This document shows positions 39,958 through 50,205 of a DNA stretch of 64,000 bases, piece by piece. Positions within the stretch are counted from its first letter, which is position 1; each line of letters opens with the position of its first letter. The notes below the pieces were generated by a model that ran no database searches, had not been told where the DNA came from, and saw only the letters and a list, made by a program, of their open reading frames with translations. The position numbers and the translations under genes are program-made. Source of the DNA: Bacteroidota bacterium (lineage in GTDB: Bacteria; Bacteroidota; Bacteroidia; Bacteroidales; FEN-979); assembly GCA_026391795.1 (NCBI GenBank), contig JAPLDI010000049.1:98594-162593 (forward strand), written 5' to 3'.

Positions 39958-41979
39958 TTATTTTGACTCCAGGAGCTTTTCCAGTGCAAAGAGTTCATCT
40001 CTGAACCTGGCAGCCTCCAGGAAATCCAGCTCCTTTACGGCAGATTCCATGGATTTCCGGGTTTTGGCAACAAGCTTCTGGAGTTTTTCTTTTGTCATGT
40101 ACCGGATCACAGGATCTGCTGCAACATCCACTTCTTCCTTCTCGTAGTATGTGGCGGATGATTGTCCCTTTGTTCCGGCTATTGCAGTCTGACCGAGGAT
40201 ATCGGTCATTGACTTTACAATCTGCGCAGGGATGATATTATTCTCCAGGTTATAACTGATCTGTTTTTCCCTCCGGCGGTTTGTTTCGTTGATCATCCGC
40301 TGCATCGAATCAGTCATTTTGTCTGCATACATGATCACCCTGCTGTTGATGTTTCTGGCAGCTCTTCCTGCTGTCTGGGTGAGAGAACGCTCGGAACGCA
40401 GAAATCCCTCCTTGTCTGCATCCAGGATGGCAACCAGAGAAACTTCCGGAAGGTCAAGTCCTTCCCTAAGCAGGTTTACCCCTACCAGTACGTCAAATGT
40501 TCCCATTCGCAGGTCGCGCAGGATCTCAACCCGTTCAAGCGTATCCACATCCGAATGTATGTATCTGCATTTCACATCCATCCGGGTGAGGTATTTTGCC
40601 AGCTCCTCAGCCATCCTTTTCGTCAGTGTAGTCACAAGGGTCCGTTCATTCTTTTTAATACGCTGATCGATCTCTTCCATCAGGTCATCGATCTGATTCA
40701 GGCTGGGCCTGACCTCGACTATGGGGTCGAGTAAACCGGTCGGCCGGATGACCTGTTCGACGATCACACCCTGGCATTTTTGCAATTCATAATCGGCTGG
40801 GGTCGCACTCACAAAGAGTGCCTGGTTTACCATCACTTCGAATTCATCAAATTTGAGGGGACGGTTGTCCATGGCGGAAGGAAGCCGGAACCCATATTCA
40901 ACGAGGTTCTGCTTGCGTGAACGGTCCCCTCCGAACATCGCCCTGATCTGGGGAATCGTGACATGGCTCTCGTCAATGATCATCAGGTAATCGTCCGGAA
41001 AATAATCGAGCAAGCAGAAGGGCCTGGAACCCGAAGCACGGCCGTCAAAATAACGGGAATAATTCTCAATTCCCGAACAGTATCCAAGTTCCCGCATCAT
41101 CTCGATGTCATAGCTTACGCGCTCTTCCAGTCGTTTTGCCTCATAGTCCTTGCCGATCTCATGAAAATAGGTAACTTGTTTCATCATGTCATCCTGTATC
41201 TCGTAGATCGCCTGTTGCATCTTGTCCTTGGAAGTCACAAAAATATTGGCAGGATAGATGGAGAGTTTCTGAACAGAATCCATTCTCGAGCCGTTTACAG
41301 GGTCGATCGATTCAATGGATTCAATCTCATCTCCATAAAAGATGATCCTGAATGCATAATCCAGGTAAGCTGGAAAGATATCGACCGTATCACCTTTCAC
41401 CCTGAATTTTCCCCGTGTAAAATCTGTTTCTGTTCTTGAATAGAGGCTGCTGACCAGGGCATGAAGGAAGTTATTCCGGCTGATCTTTTCCTTTACCTCA
41501 AAGTGGATGATGTTTTGCGCGAAGTCATCCGGATTGCCGATGCCATAGATGCATGAAACCGAGGAAACGATGATCACATCGCGCCGGCCGGAGAGCAAGG
41601 CAGAGGAGGCACTGAGCCGGAGTTTCTCGATCTCTTCGTTGATGGAAAGGTCTTTCTCTATGTAAGTATTCGTTACCGGAATAAATGCTTCCGGCTGGTA
41701 ATAATCATAATAGGAAACAAAAAATTCCACGGCATTCTCTGGAAAGAACTGTTTGAATTCTCCGTAAAGTTGTGCTGCCAGTGTCTTGTTGTGACTCAGT
41801 ACGAGAGCCGGCCGCTGGACCTGCTGAAGCACATTTGCGATCGTGAAGGTCTTCCCCGACCCGGTAACACCCAGCAGTACCTGGGCAGGGTCGCCGCGTT
41901 CAACTCCTTCCACGAGTTGCCGTATTGCTTCCGGCTGGTCGCCGGTTGGTTTGAATTCTGATGTCAGTTTGAACTCCAT
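39958..41979 (-). CDS. uvrB: Excinuclease ABC subunit B
   Basis: GVTGSGKT, YYDYYQPEA, DESH, QTAGRAAR, C-terminal UVR domain. Confidence 0.99.
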   Translation of the reverse strand: MEFKLTSEFKPTGDQPEAIRQLVEGVERGDPAQVLLGVTGSGKTFTIANVLQQVQRPALVLSHNKTLAAQLYGEFKQFFPENAVEFFVSYYDYYQPEAFIPVTNTYIEKDLSINEEIEKLRLSASSALLSGRRDVIIVSSVSCIYGIGNPDDFAQNIIHFEVKEKISRNNFLHALVSSLYSRTETDFTRGKFRVKGDTVDIFPAYLDYAFRIIFYGDEIESIESIDPVNGSRMDSVQKLSIYPANIFVTSKDKMQQAIYEIQDDMMKQVTYFHEIGKDYEAKRLEERVSYDIEMMRELGYCSGIENYSRYFDGRASGSRPFCLLDYFPDDYLMIIDESHVTIPQIRAMFGGDRSRKQNLVEYGFRLPSAMDNRPLKFDEFEVMVNQALFVSATPADYELQKCQGVIVEQVIRPTGLLDPIVEVRPSLNQIDDLMEEIDQRIKKNERTLVTTLTKRMAEELAKYLTRMDVKCRYIHSDVDTLERVEILRDLRMGTFDVLVGVNLLREGLDLPEVSLVAILDADKEGFLRSERSLTQTAGRAARNINSRVIMYADKMTDSMQRMINETNRRREKQISYNLENNIIPAQIVKSMTDILGQTAIAGTKGQSSATYYEKEEVDVAADPVIRYMTKEKLQKLVAKTRKSMESAVKELDFLEAARFRDELFALEKLLESK

Positions 41980-42085
41980 GATTTGAGAATAACACTACAA
42001 ACGGGGATACGTTTACCCTCTAATTAATTTTACCCCTGAGGGTCAATGAGCATTATTTTCGCTATTTCGCCAATTCACCATTTCG

Positions 42086-43234
42086 TTACCTCTTTTTCAG
42101 GAATACCTGGATCGGGTAATGATCCGAAAGATTAACGCTGTTTCTGCTGTAATTGTATGCCGAAAATGCATCATCATAGAGAATGTAATCGATCCTGAAG
42201 GAAGGGAAGCTGCCTGCATAGGTACTACCAAGGAAACCCGTTCCGGCATTACAGAATGAATCGTGAAAACCGGATGTCATTTGCTGATAAGTATAAGAGG
42301 CAGGAGTATCGTTGAAGTCACCGCAGATGATAACCGGAAAGTGTGAGTTTTTTATGTTTTCTTTCAAAATATCCACCTGCTTTGCCCGGATCTCAAAAGC
42401 CTTTCTCAATTTTGAAAAGATGATGAAAGAGCCTTCCCCGAGATCAAAATTGTCATCCGGCTCTTTGGCCTGGTCAGTGAGCTGCGCATAAAATGAATAG
42501 TCATTCTTTCCGAAACGGATAGATTCCAGGTGGATGTTGAATACGCGGACCGTGTCTTTCCCAATGGCAAGGTCCGTATAAACAGCAAAGATGTTCCGTT
42601 TGCTGATCCTGAGGTGCCCGACAGCGACGATTGGAAAACGGGAAAAAGTGGCGATTGCAAAAATCTTTCGTTTGTCTTTTATTTCCACGTAGTTTTTGAT
42701 GAACGAATAGTTTGTGTGCAGTCCTCCCGTGAATTTTTGCAGAACCTTAAGGCTGTCTTCGCTTCTCAGAAAAAATTCCTGTATGCAAAGGATGTCGGGA
42801 TTTTGCTGAACCAGGAAATCAGTTACTTTGGAAAGCATCCGGCCTCTTGCCTTTCCCTTTTCATGTGGTTGATGGATCTCGTAAAGGCTGTGTACATTGT
42901 ATGAAATGATTTTTATGCCTCCGGAGGCGATTGCCTGAGTTGATGGTTTCCTGTACTGAACGATGGAAAGTATGTGGTTTATCCCCAGCGAAATTACAAT
43001 GATGGAGATCCAGATGAACCGTTTCCAGAAGAGAAGCCAGAGCAGGACGAAAAACAGGTTCAGCGCCAGCAGGAATGGATAGGCAAGTCCGAAGAACGAA
43101 AAAATCCAGTAACGGGCAGGGCTGATATATGATGCAGCATAAGCAAGGAGAAGTGCAATTGCAGCCAGGATATTGAGCACCAGCATCACTCTGCGCAGGA
43201 ATGGATGTCCTTTACCTTTTTTCTTTGCAGTCAT
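42086..43234 (-). CDS. Endonuclease/exonuclease/phosphatase family membrane protein
   Basis: N-terminal TMs; SYNV, CIQE, HLES, GDFND, RIDYI, SDHYP. Confidence 0.9.
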   Translation of the reverse strand: MTAKKKGKGHPFLRRVMLVLNILAAIALLLAYAASYISPARYWIFSFFGLAYPFLLALNLFFVLLWLLFWKRFIWISIIVISLGINHILSIVQYRKPSTQAIASGGIKIISYNVHSLYEIHQPHEKGKARGRMLSKVTDFLVQQNPDILCIQEFFLRSEDSLKVLQKFTGGLHTNYSFIKNYVEIKDKRKIFAIATFSRFPIVAVGHLRISKRNIFAVYTDLAIGKDTVRVFNIHLESIRFGKNDYSFYAQLTDQAKEPDDNFDLGEGSFIIFSKLRKAFEIRAKQVDILKENIKNSHFPVIICGDFNDTPASYTYQQMTSGFHDSFCNAGTGFLGSTYAGSFPSFRIDYILYDDAFSAYNYSRNSVNLSDHYPIQVFLKKR

Positions 43235-43236
43235 GA

Positions 43237-44157
43237 TCAACTGTTTTTACCGGATGACCGGAAGAGAAAATCCTTTTCTTCTTTTGTCAGGCTGTCATAG
43301 CCTCCCCTGGAGATTTTTTCCAGGATGGTATCGATTTTTTTCTGATGGAAATTCTTTTCCACATTGTAATCCTCATCCGTTTTAGGCCTTTCGGAATAGG
43401 GTGTTCCGGACGAAACGCGGGGACGGGGTCTGAAAAGTTTTCCGATGTTATTCATAAGGGAAGAAAATACACCCGCCGAATATGTATAATTTGTTTTGCG
43501 CATCCACAAAGAAATGAAGTATCCGAAAACTGCACCGCCAATGTGGGCAATATGACCACCGGCATTCCCGGTGGGAATGGCAAAGAAATCAAAAATGAAA
43601 AGTAGAATGGCAAGGTAAAGAATCCTGATCCTGCCGATAAAAATCAATTGGATCGAATAGTTCGGGACAAAGAATGAGATGGCCGTCACGATTGCCATGA
43701 CCGATGCTGAGGCTCCCAGCGCTACGCTGACATCAATCGATTCCTGGAATTTAGGAAAAATATTAAAGGCAAGGATGTAAAGCAATCCGCCGGCAAGGCC
43801 GCCGGCAATGTAAGTGAATAGCAACTGCCGTGAAGTGAGGTATTCCATAAATATCTTGCCGAACCAGAACAGCCACATCATATTGAAGAGGATGTGCCAG
43901 AAGTCGAGGTGGAGGAACATATATGTAAAGAGCGTCCAGGGACGCGATGCCAGTTCAGAAAGGTTGGCGGGTAAGGCGAAGTAGTCAAGGATCAGCTTGT
44001 CAAGTGCAATTTCCGGATGGTTGTATAGATAAAAGAAAACGGTAAGTGCTTTTGCCAGGATCCAGACACCGATATTTATGAAGATGAGGATGGAAAGAAC
44101 AGAGCCTCCCCTGAAGAAGTGCCTGATCTCATCCGACAGATTGCGTGAATAGTTCAT
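43237..44157 (-). CDS. Rhomboid protease with C-terminal DUF6576-like tail
   Basis: HILFNM, GASAS, AHIGG, IDTILEKIS..GYDSLT.EEK. Confidence 0.92.
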   Translation of the reverse strand: MNYSRNLSDEIRHFFRGGSVLSILIFINIGVWILAKALTVFFYLYNHPEIALDKLILDYFALPANLSELASRPWTLFTYMFLHLDFWHILFNMMWLFWFGKIFMEYLTSRQLLFTYIAGGLAGGLLYILAFNIFPKFQESIDVSVALGASASVMAIVTAISFFVPNYSIQLIFIGRIRILYLAILLFIFDFFAIPTGNAGGHIAHIGGAVFGYFISLWMRKTNYTYSAGVFSSLMNNIGKLFRPRPRVSSGTPYSERPKTDEDYNVEKNFHQKKIDTILEKISRGGYDSLTKEEKDFLFRSSGKNS

Positions 44158-44171
44158 CGTCCTTTCCTGGG

Positions 44172-44993
44172 TTATCTTGAAAACGGTCTTTTCTTCCAGT
44201 ATAGTATTAAAAGCAAACCAAAAACCATTCCCCCCAGATGTGCAAAGTGAGCCACATTATCCGTTGGATTATTCCGGAGGCCTGAAAAAAGTTCAAGTGC
44301 TCCAAAGCCTAAAACAGCCCACTTCGCTTTGATCGGGACCAGGAAATAGAGGTAGATAAGCATGTTTGGAAACGTCATTCCAAAGGCGAGAAGTATTCCA
44401 TATATTGCGCCTGAAGCGCCAACAGTCGGGACAGAAAGGTAAATACCCTGAAGGTCGGCAATGTATTTAAACGATTGCTGTACCAGATTCTGGCTCTCCG
44501 GATGCTGCTGCCAGCCTGCTATAAAGCCAATCACCTGTTCCGAATAATTTGGGAAATGGGCGCTTACAAAACCATTGAAGGCAGCCGGAGATGGATTTTT
44601 CATATAAATTTCGGCAGCTGACTGGATTGAAGAGTAATCAAGCCAGTGTACGAAGGTTTGTGTGAAAGCAGCACCGATTCCACAAAACATATAAAAAATA
44701 AGGAAGCGTTTTGATCCCCAGTAGTTTTCAAGGAGATATCCGAACATCCAGAGCGCAAATAAATTGAAGAAGATGTGACCGAAGTTCGCGTGGATGAACA
44801 TATATGTTACAAACTGGTAAGGCTGGAAGAGAGGAGATTTGATATAGTAAAGGCCACAAATTTTTTCCAGGTCAATCCCATACTTGGACAGGGAGATCGT
44901 TGCCAGAAAAAACAAGCCGTTGATGATCAGCAAGTTTTTAACGACAGGGGGAAGCAGGGTGAACCCAGTGGGGCTGTATTGCTGGTCGCTCAT
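44172..44993 (-). CDS. Rhomboid family intramembrane serine protease
   Basis: HIFFNL, GASGA, AHFAHLGG. Confidence 0.92.
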   Translation of the reverse strand: MSDQQYSPTGFTLLPPVVKNLLIINGLFFLATISLSKYGIDLEKICGLYYIKSPLFQPYQFVTYMFIHANFGHIFFNLFALWMFGYLLENYWGSKRFLIFYMFCGIGAAFTQTFVHWLDYSSIQSAAEIYMKNPSPAAFNGFVSAHFPNYSEQVIGFIAGWQQHPESQNLVQQSFKYIADLQGIYLSVPTVGASGAIYGILLAFGMTFPNMLIYLYFLVPIKAKWAVLGFGALELFSGLRNNPTDNVAHFAHLGGMVFGLLLILYWKKRPFSR

Positions 44994-45003
44994 TTGTTCT
45001 TTC

Positions 45004-46854
45004 TTATTTGAATTTTTTATCGAGGTCATCAAAACTGATGAAGATCATTGTCGGGGTGCCATCGGGTGCCAGGTCAGGAAGCTGGCATGCAAAAAGCTGT
45101 TCAATGATGCCTTCCATCTCTTCCGTCTGAAGTTTCGCCTTCCGGAAGATGGACATGCTTTTTGACAATGACTTTGCGAGCCTGGTCTGCAACTTGATCT
45201 TACCATCATCCGTTCCTGATTTCAACCCTTCAAGGATACTTTCGAAAAGTCCGGTAATATTTTCTTCGATGCAGTCGGCCGGAATGGCTTCAATGAGGAT
45301 CGTATTCTTCCCGAATTCCCGGATCCCGAACCCGGCTTTTTCAAAAATATCAATCATCCCGATCGTAAGTTCGAAATCTTCCGGAGACAGTAGAATGGTT
45401 TGAGGATGAAGCTGGTGCTGCATAAATGGCTGGCTGGTCTCAAATGAGTTGACTAGTCGTTCATAGTAAATCCGTTCCCTTGCTTTCTGCGGATCGATGA
45501 TGACAACTCCGCTGGGTGTGGCGCTGACAATATACCGGTTCTGTGCCTGAAAGGGACGGATACGCCTTTTAAGGGAGGCATCTGTATCCCAGTTTGACAG
45601 GATATGCTGTGTTCCTTGTTCTTCCGATGGTTTTGGCTCCGTTTTGAAATGAACATCTTTTAAAGGATCGTAGAGAGGCTTCCATTGATCTTCGGTGATC
45701 CTGTTTCTTGGCTGCAGAGGTATCTCAAACTGGGGCCGGACCTTTTTTTCAAAAGGATTGTAATCAGGGTCAACGGTTATAGTAGGCGGTTTTACCTCTG
45801 CGCCTTCCGGCAATGGAGGGATTTCCATGCTGGGTTCAGTTTCAAAATCGAGGGAAGGGGTAAGATTGAATTTTCCAATGGATTGCCGGACCGAAGAATG
45901 CAAGATCGCATAGATGCTTTTTATATCCTGGAAGTTGACCTCTGTCTTGGTTGGATGAATGTTCACGTCTATGGTCTTGGGATCGACGGTGAGATATATG
46001 AAATAGGTAGGAAATGAGTCTTTGGGGATCAGTTGTTGAAAGGCGTTCTCGATGGCATGATGAAGGTATGGATTCTTGATGAAACGTCCGTTGGTAAAGA
46101 AATACTGTTCCCCTCTGGTTTTTTTTGCAAATTCAGGTTTCCCAATAAATCCATGGATATTGACAATCCCTGATTCCTGGCCCACCGGTATCAGTCGCTG
46201 GTTGTAAGCATTGCCCATAAGCGCGACGAGTCTTTGTTTCAGGTTTGATGCAGGGACCTGGTGCAAGATCCTCTCCTGGTTATACATTGTAAATGCTATT
46301 CCGGGGTTTACCAGGGCGACACGAAGAAATTCCTCGACAATATATTTCAGTTCAAGGGTATTGGATTTGAGAAAATTCCTGCGGGCAGGGACATTGAAAA
46401 AAAGGTTTTTTACGGAGATGCTGGTTCCTTCGGGAGTACTTATGGGCGACTGGCTTTTAAATTCCGATCCTTCGATCATGACGCAGGTGCCTACTTCATC
46501 ATCATTTCTCTTCGATTTCAACTCAACCTGAGCGATGGAAGCGATTGAGGCAAGGGCTTCGCCCCTGAACCCGAGGGTGTGGATGGCCATGAGGTCATTG
46601 GCGTTCTGGATCTTTGAAGTTGCATGGCGTTCAAAGCACATGCGGGCATCCCTCTCCGACAGACCGCAGCCATTATCGATCACCTGTATCAGAGTTTTTC
46701 CGGCATCCTTTATGATCAGTTTGATGTGGGTTGCTCCTGAGTCAACAGCATTTTCCAGCAATTCCTTCACTGCAGACGCAGGCCGCTGAACAACTTCTCC
46801 AGCTGCAATCTGGTTCGCGACAGAATCAGGTAATAAATGGATCAGGTCAGACAC
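45004..46854 (-). CDS. mutL: DNA mismatch repair protein MutL
   Basis: NQIAAGEVVQRP, GFRGEALASI, DVNIHPTK. Confidence 0.97.
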   Translation of the reverse strand: MSDLIHLLPDSVANQIAAGEVVQRPASAVKELLENAVDSGATHIKLIIKDAGKTLIQVIDNGCGLSERDARMCFERHATSKIQNANDLMAIHTLGFRGEALASIASIAQVELKSKRNDDEVGTCVMIEGSEFKSQSPISTPEGTSISVKNLFFNVPARRNFLKSNTLELKYIVEEFLRVALVNPGIAFTMYNQERILHQVPASNLKQRLVALMGNAYNQRLIPVGQESGIVNIHGFIGKPEFAKKTRGEQYFFTNGRFIKNPYLHHAIENAFQQLIPKDSFPTYFIYLTVDPKTIDVNIHPTKTEVNFQDIKSIYAILHSSVRQSIGKFNLTPSLDFETEPSMEIPPLPEGAEVKPPTITVDPDYNPFEKKVRPQFEIPLQPRNRITEDQWKPLYDPLKDVHFKTEPKPSEEQGTQHILSNWDTDASLKRRIRPFQAQNRYIVSATPSGVVIIDPQKARERIYYERLVNSFETSQPFMQHQLHPQTILLSPEDFELTIGMIDIFEKAGFGIREFGKNTILIEAIPADCIEENITGLFESILEGLKSGTDDGKIKLQTRLAKSLSKSMSIFRKAKLQTEEMEGIIEQLFACQLPDLAPDGTPTMIFISFDDLDKKFK

Positions 46855-47149
46855 AATAAATAGTACGAATAATTAATTATAAATGAGAGGTTATTTGTAT
46901 TGCCATCCTCTCGTTCTGGCGACAGGACAATACAAAAGTAGCAAAATTTTTATCCGGGACGAATACAGAAGTGAAGAGAACCAGAATCTTCAGCAGGAAT
47001 AAATACACACGCCATTCTCCTGCAAAAGTCGCAAAAAAAAAACTGAAAAAAGAGGCACTAAATCGTTTCTCGGAATTCCATCCGTATACAAGGAAGAACG
47101 GGCTTAATCTGGTTAAAGCTTCGTCTTGTCCAATACGGGAAAACGCATT

Positions 47150-47692
47150 TCAGTAGGATAGATAGAATGCCCCATAGAACACTGCGCTGTAGAACACGGT
47201 TCCGAGAACGTCGTTCAGGAAAAATGAAAATCCCTGCGTATAGTCGCGGAAAAATGCAAGTCCCATGGCATAACACTCGAGCAGACCGGCAAAGGTCTGC
47301 GGGTACATCGGGTGTGGATAGAGCCGGTCAACAAGCCATGAAGAAAAGTTAGTGATCAGGAAAAAGATCACAGCGGATATCAGCGAAGCCAATAACACAC
47401 TTCCAACATTCACTCGTTTTCGAATGGCCATTCCAACCAGAACAGTGATGGCAAAACCCACATAGACAGCAAGTATATTTGCATGCAGACCGATGATGAG
47501 ATCGCTCACAAACATTGCGGCGATTGGAATAGCAAAGGCATATTGCCTTTTATCAATATAGGTCCCTGCAAATAATGCCATAGCCGCAATCGGGGTCAAG
47601 TTTGGCCAATGGGGTAACAGACGCAGCACCGCTGCAACAATAATTACTGAAAGAGCAACAAAAAACCTCGGTGTAAAGGTCTTATATTTCAT
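47150..47692 (-). CDS. DUF6580-like putative transporter membrane protein
   Basis: RLLPHWPNLTPIAAMALF, FFLITNF, YPQTFAGL.ECY..GL.FF; possible C-terminal frameshift. Confidence 0.75.
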   Translation of the reverse strand: MKYKTFTPRFFVALSVIIVAAVLRLLPHWPNLTPIAAMALFAGTYIDKRQYAFAIPIAAMFVSDLIIGLHANILAVYVGFAITVLVGMAIRKRVNVGSVLLASLISAVIFFLITNFSSWLVDRLYPHPMYPQTFAGLLECYAMGLAFFRDYTQGFSFFLNDVLGTVFYSAVFYGAFYLSY

Positions 47693-47800
47693 TATATATT
47701 TTGGTTTAAGTTCTACAAAAATAATAAATCATTTTAATTTTACCATAAATAATTTAAAAATGTTTTTATTTGCCTTCTCTAACCAATTGAATGGACCCTG

Positions 47801-49447
47801 ATGAAAAAATCATGCCTTTTTGTTTTATTCTTATCAGCTTTATATTCAGCAACTAACGCCCAGGTGAAAATGAAAGCCGACCTTATCCTCATCAACGGGA
47901 AGGTTTGTACCGTCGACCAGAAATTCAACTATGCGGAAGCTTTTGCAGTTAAAAACGGGATGTTTGCTGCGATTGGAAGTACTGATCAGATCTTGAAGCA
48001 TTATAATTCCGATTCGGTTGTAGATGCCAAAGGGAACTTTGTTTACCCGGGGTTTATCGATGCACATTGCCATTTTTTTGGATATGCGCTCAGTCTTCGT
48101 GAAATCAACCTCACTGGAATCCGGTCATTCAAGGAGATAACCGGACTTCTCCTGATACAACAGGACCGTTATCCCGGAGAGTGGATTGTTGGCAGGGGAT
48201 GGGATCAGAATCTATGGGATAAAAAAGAATTTCCGGACCGAACGGAGCTGGATATTTTATTTCCGGAACGGCCGGTTGTACTGATACGGATTGACGGTCA
48301 TGCCCTGCTTGCCAATGGGGAAGCACTCAAACGGGCCGGTATCCATGAACAAAACAAATTTTCGCCAGGGGAGGTCGAAATGAAGAATGGACGGATGACC
48401 GGGATATTAAGTGAAAATGCTGCCGATCGGATGAGAAACACGATTCCTTTACCATCAAAAAAGGAACAGGTGACCCTGCTGAAGTGGGCCCAGTCGAACT
48501 GCTTTGCTGCCGGATTAACCGGGGTAGCCGATGCAGGACTCGACTTTCCGGTCGTAACCTTCATGGATTCACTTCAGCAACAGGGAACGTTGAAAATGCG
48601 GCTTTATGTCATGTTGAATCCCAATGAAGAAAACATTCAGAATTTTATCCAGGAAGGACAAGTTATTTCACCGATGCTGACCATCCGATCGATCAAAATA
48701 TACGCCGACGGAAGCTTGGGATCCCGGACAGCGCTTTTAAAATCCCCATACTCGGACGATCCACTGAAAACAGGGATCCAGGTTACATCTGCAGAGAGGA
48801 TCAGGGAAATATGTGAACTTGCTGCAAAATACGGTTACCAGGTTAATACCCATGCTATCGGCGACTCAGCAGTTGCAATGGTCCTGGGGATCTATGCAGA
48901 GTTCCTGAAAGGGAAGAATGACCTTCGCTGGCGCATTGAACATGCCCAGGTAGTCGATCCCTGGGATATTTACAGGTTTGGGAAATTTTCGATCATCCCT
49001 TCTGTACAGGCCACCCATGCTACATCCGATATGAAATGGGCGCCCGACAGGCTCGGTAAAAGCAGGATCAAGTGGGCCTACGCCTATAAGAACCTTCTTG
49101 ACCAGAACGGCTGGCTGCCCAATGGAACGGATTTTCCGATTGAGAAGATCAGTCCCCTTCTCAGTTTTTATGCTGCTGTAGCCAGGCAGGATTTATCGGG
49201 ATTCCCAGAAAAGGGGTTTCAGCCGGAGAATGCATTGAGCCGTGAAGAAGCCCTCAGATCTGTCACAATCTGGGCAGCCAGGGCAGGCTTCCAGGAACAC
49301 CTCACCGGAAGCATTGACAATGGGAAAATGGCTGATTTTGTAATTGTGGACCGTGACCTGATGACCTGCCCGGTAAAGGAAATTCCCTTGGCCAAAGTAA
49401 TAATGACGGTTGTGGGAGGAGAAAAAGTATATAAGAATGAAAAATGA
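47801..49447 (+). CDS. Amidohydrolase 3 (YtcJ-like) exported metallohydrolase
   Basis: PGFIDAHCH, KIYADGSLGSR, HAIGD, RIEHAQ, GTDFP. Confidence 0.92.
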   Translation: MKKSCLFVLFLSALYSATNAQVKMKADLILINGKVCTVDQKFNYAEAFAVKNGMFAAIGSTDQILKHYNSDSVVDAKGNFVYPGFIDAHCHFFGYALSLREINLTGIRSFKEITGLLLIQQDRYPGEWIVGRGWDQNLWDKKEFPDRTELDILFPERPVVLIRIDGHALLANGEALKRAGIHEQNKFSPGEVEMKNGRMTGILSENAADRMRNTIPLPSKKEQVTLLKWAQSNCFAAGLTGVADAGLDFPVVTFMDSLQQQGTLKMRLYVMLNPNEENIQNFIQEGQVISPMLTIRSIKIYADGSLGSRTALLKSPYSDDPLKTGIQVTSAERIREICELAAKYGYQVNTHAIGDSAVAMVLGIYAEFLKGKNDLRWRIEHAQVVDPWDIYRFGKFSIIPSVQATHATSDMKWAPDRLGKSRIKWAYAYKNLLDQNGWLPNGTDFPIEKISPLLSFYAAVARQDLSGFPEKGFQPENALSREEALRSVTIWAARAGFQEHLTGSIDNGKMADFVIVDRDLMTCPVKEIPLAKVIMTVVGGEKVYKNEK

Positions 49448-49453
49448 AAGATG

Positions 49454-49486
49454 AAAAAGCCCCGGTGAACAAATGTCACCGAGGCT
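49454..49486 (-). terminator. Intrinsic terminator between convergent genes
   Basis: AGCCCCGGTGA...TCACCGAGGCT hairpin followed by a U-tract on the minus strand. Confidence 0.65.
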
Positions 49487-49511
49487 CGATTATGAATTCC
49501 TGCAGCACTAT

Positions 49512-50129
49512 TTATTTTTTAAACACATTTTTTACCAGGAAGTCTCCAAGATTGTCTCCGGCCCTGTCATAGGCACTCTGTATCCTTGTTCCCGTATCAT
49601 AATCATATCCCATCATGTTGACACTGTCTTCCCGTTTCATGATCATGCTTGCCAGGACAGTGCCAGGGTTAGCAGTTTCAATCAGATCCACTTCTACCTT
49701 GATCCAGGCATTCTGACGGGTAATCCCGATATTATATCCAGGCTCTGTAAAAGTCGTCCGGATGATCAGGGTGTATTTTGCGTCGGAGGCATTCTCTTTA
49801 CAACTGACATTGAACTTTCCGACGACTTCATTCAGGTTTTTTTCAAAAGTGGGTTGAAATTTAGAAGTTCTGTCATTTTTCCAGGCTTCTGCCCAACGGT
49901 CTCCATCACCGGGTTTTTTCTTATTCATGTCCGCGGTACGGTCAGCAACATAATCATCTGCGTTTTTAAATTTGCCGACAGCCATTTTGGAATAATCATA
50001 TTGAAGGTTGATAACTGGCTGTCCTTTAAGGACACTCACATCTCCCGAAATCAACTTGCACTGCGCGAAAATCGCAGTTACCGGATACAGGAATGCTGTC
50101 ATTAGCAAAAGGATACTGATTTTTTTCAT
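49512..50129 (-). CDS. Exported hypothetical protein
   Basis: Signal peptide MKKISILLL...AQ; clean ~205-aa ORF at the end of the cluster. Confidence 0.75.
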   Translation of the reverse strand: MKKISILLLMTAFLYPVTAIFAQCKLISGDVSVLKGQPVINLQYDYSKMAVGKFKNADDYVADRTADMNKKKPGDGDRWAEAWKNDRTSKFQPTFEKNLNEVVGKFNVSCKENASDAKYTLIIRTTFTEPGYNIGITRQNAWIKVEVDLIETANPGTVLASMIMKREDSVNMMGYDYDTGTRIQSAYDRAGDNLGDFLVKNVFKK

Positions 50130-50205
50130 ATACATAAATTAAGGGTTACCAAATAGATTTATCACAACAAATTTATTCCATTCATTCAGTAAAATCCAAA
50201 AAAAA

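Noticed and set aside
47693..47800. Possible cobalamin riboswitch upstream of the DUF6580-like gene
   Set aside because: Only ~108 nt, very AT-rich, no B12-box or stable stems; looks like divergent promoters
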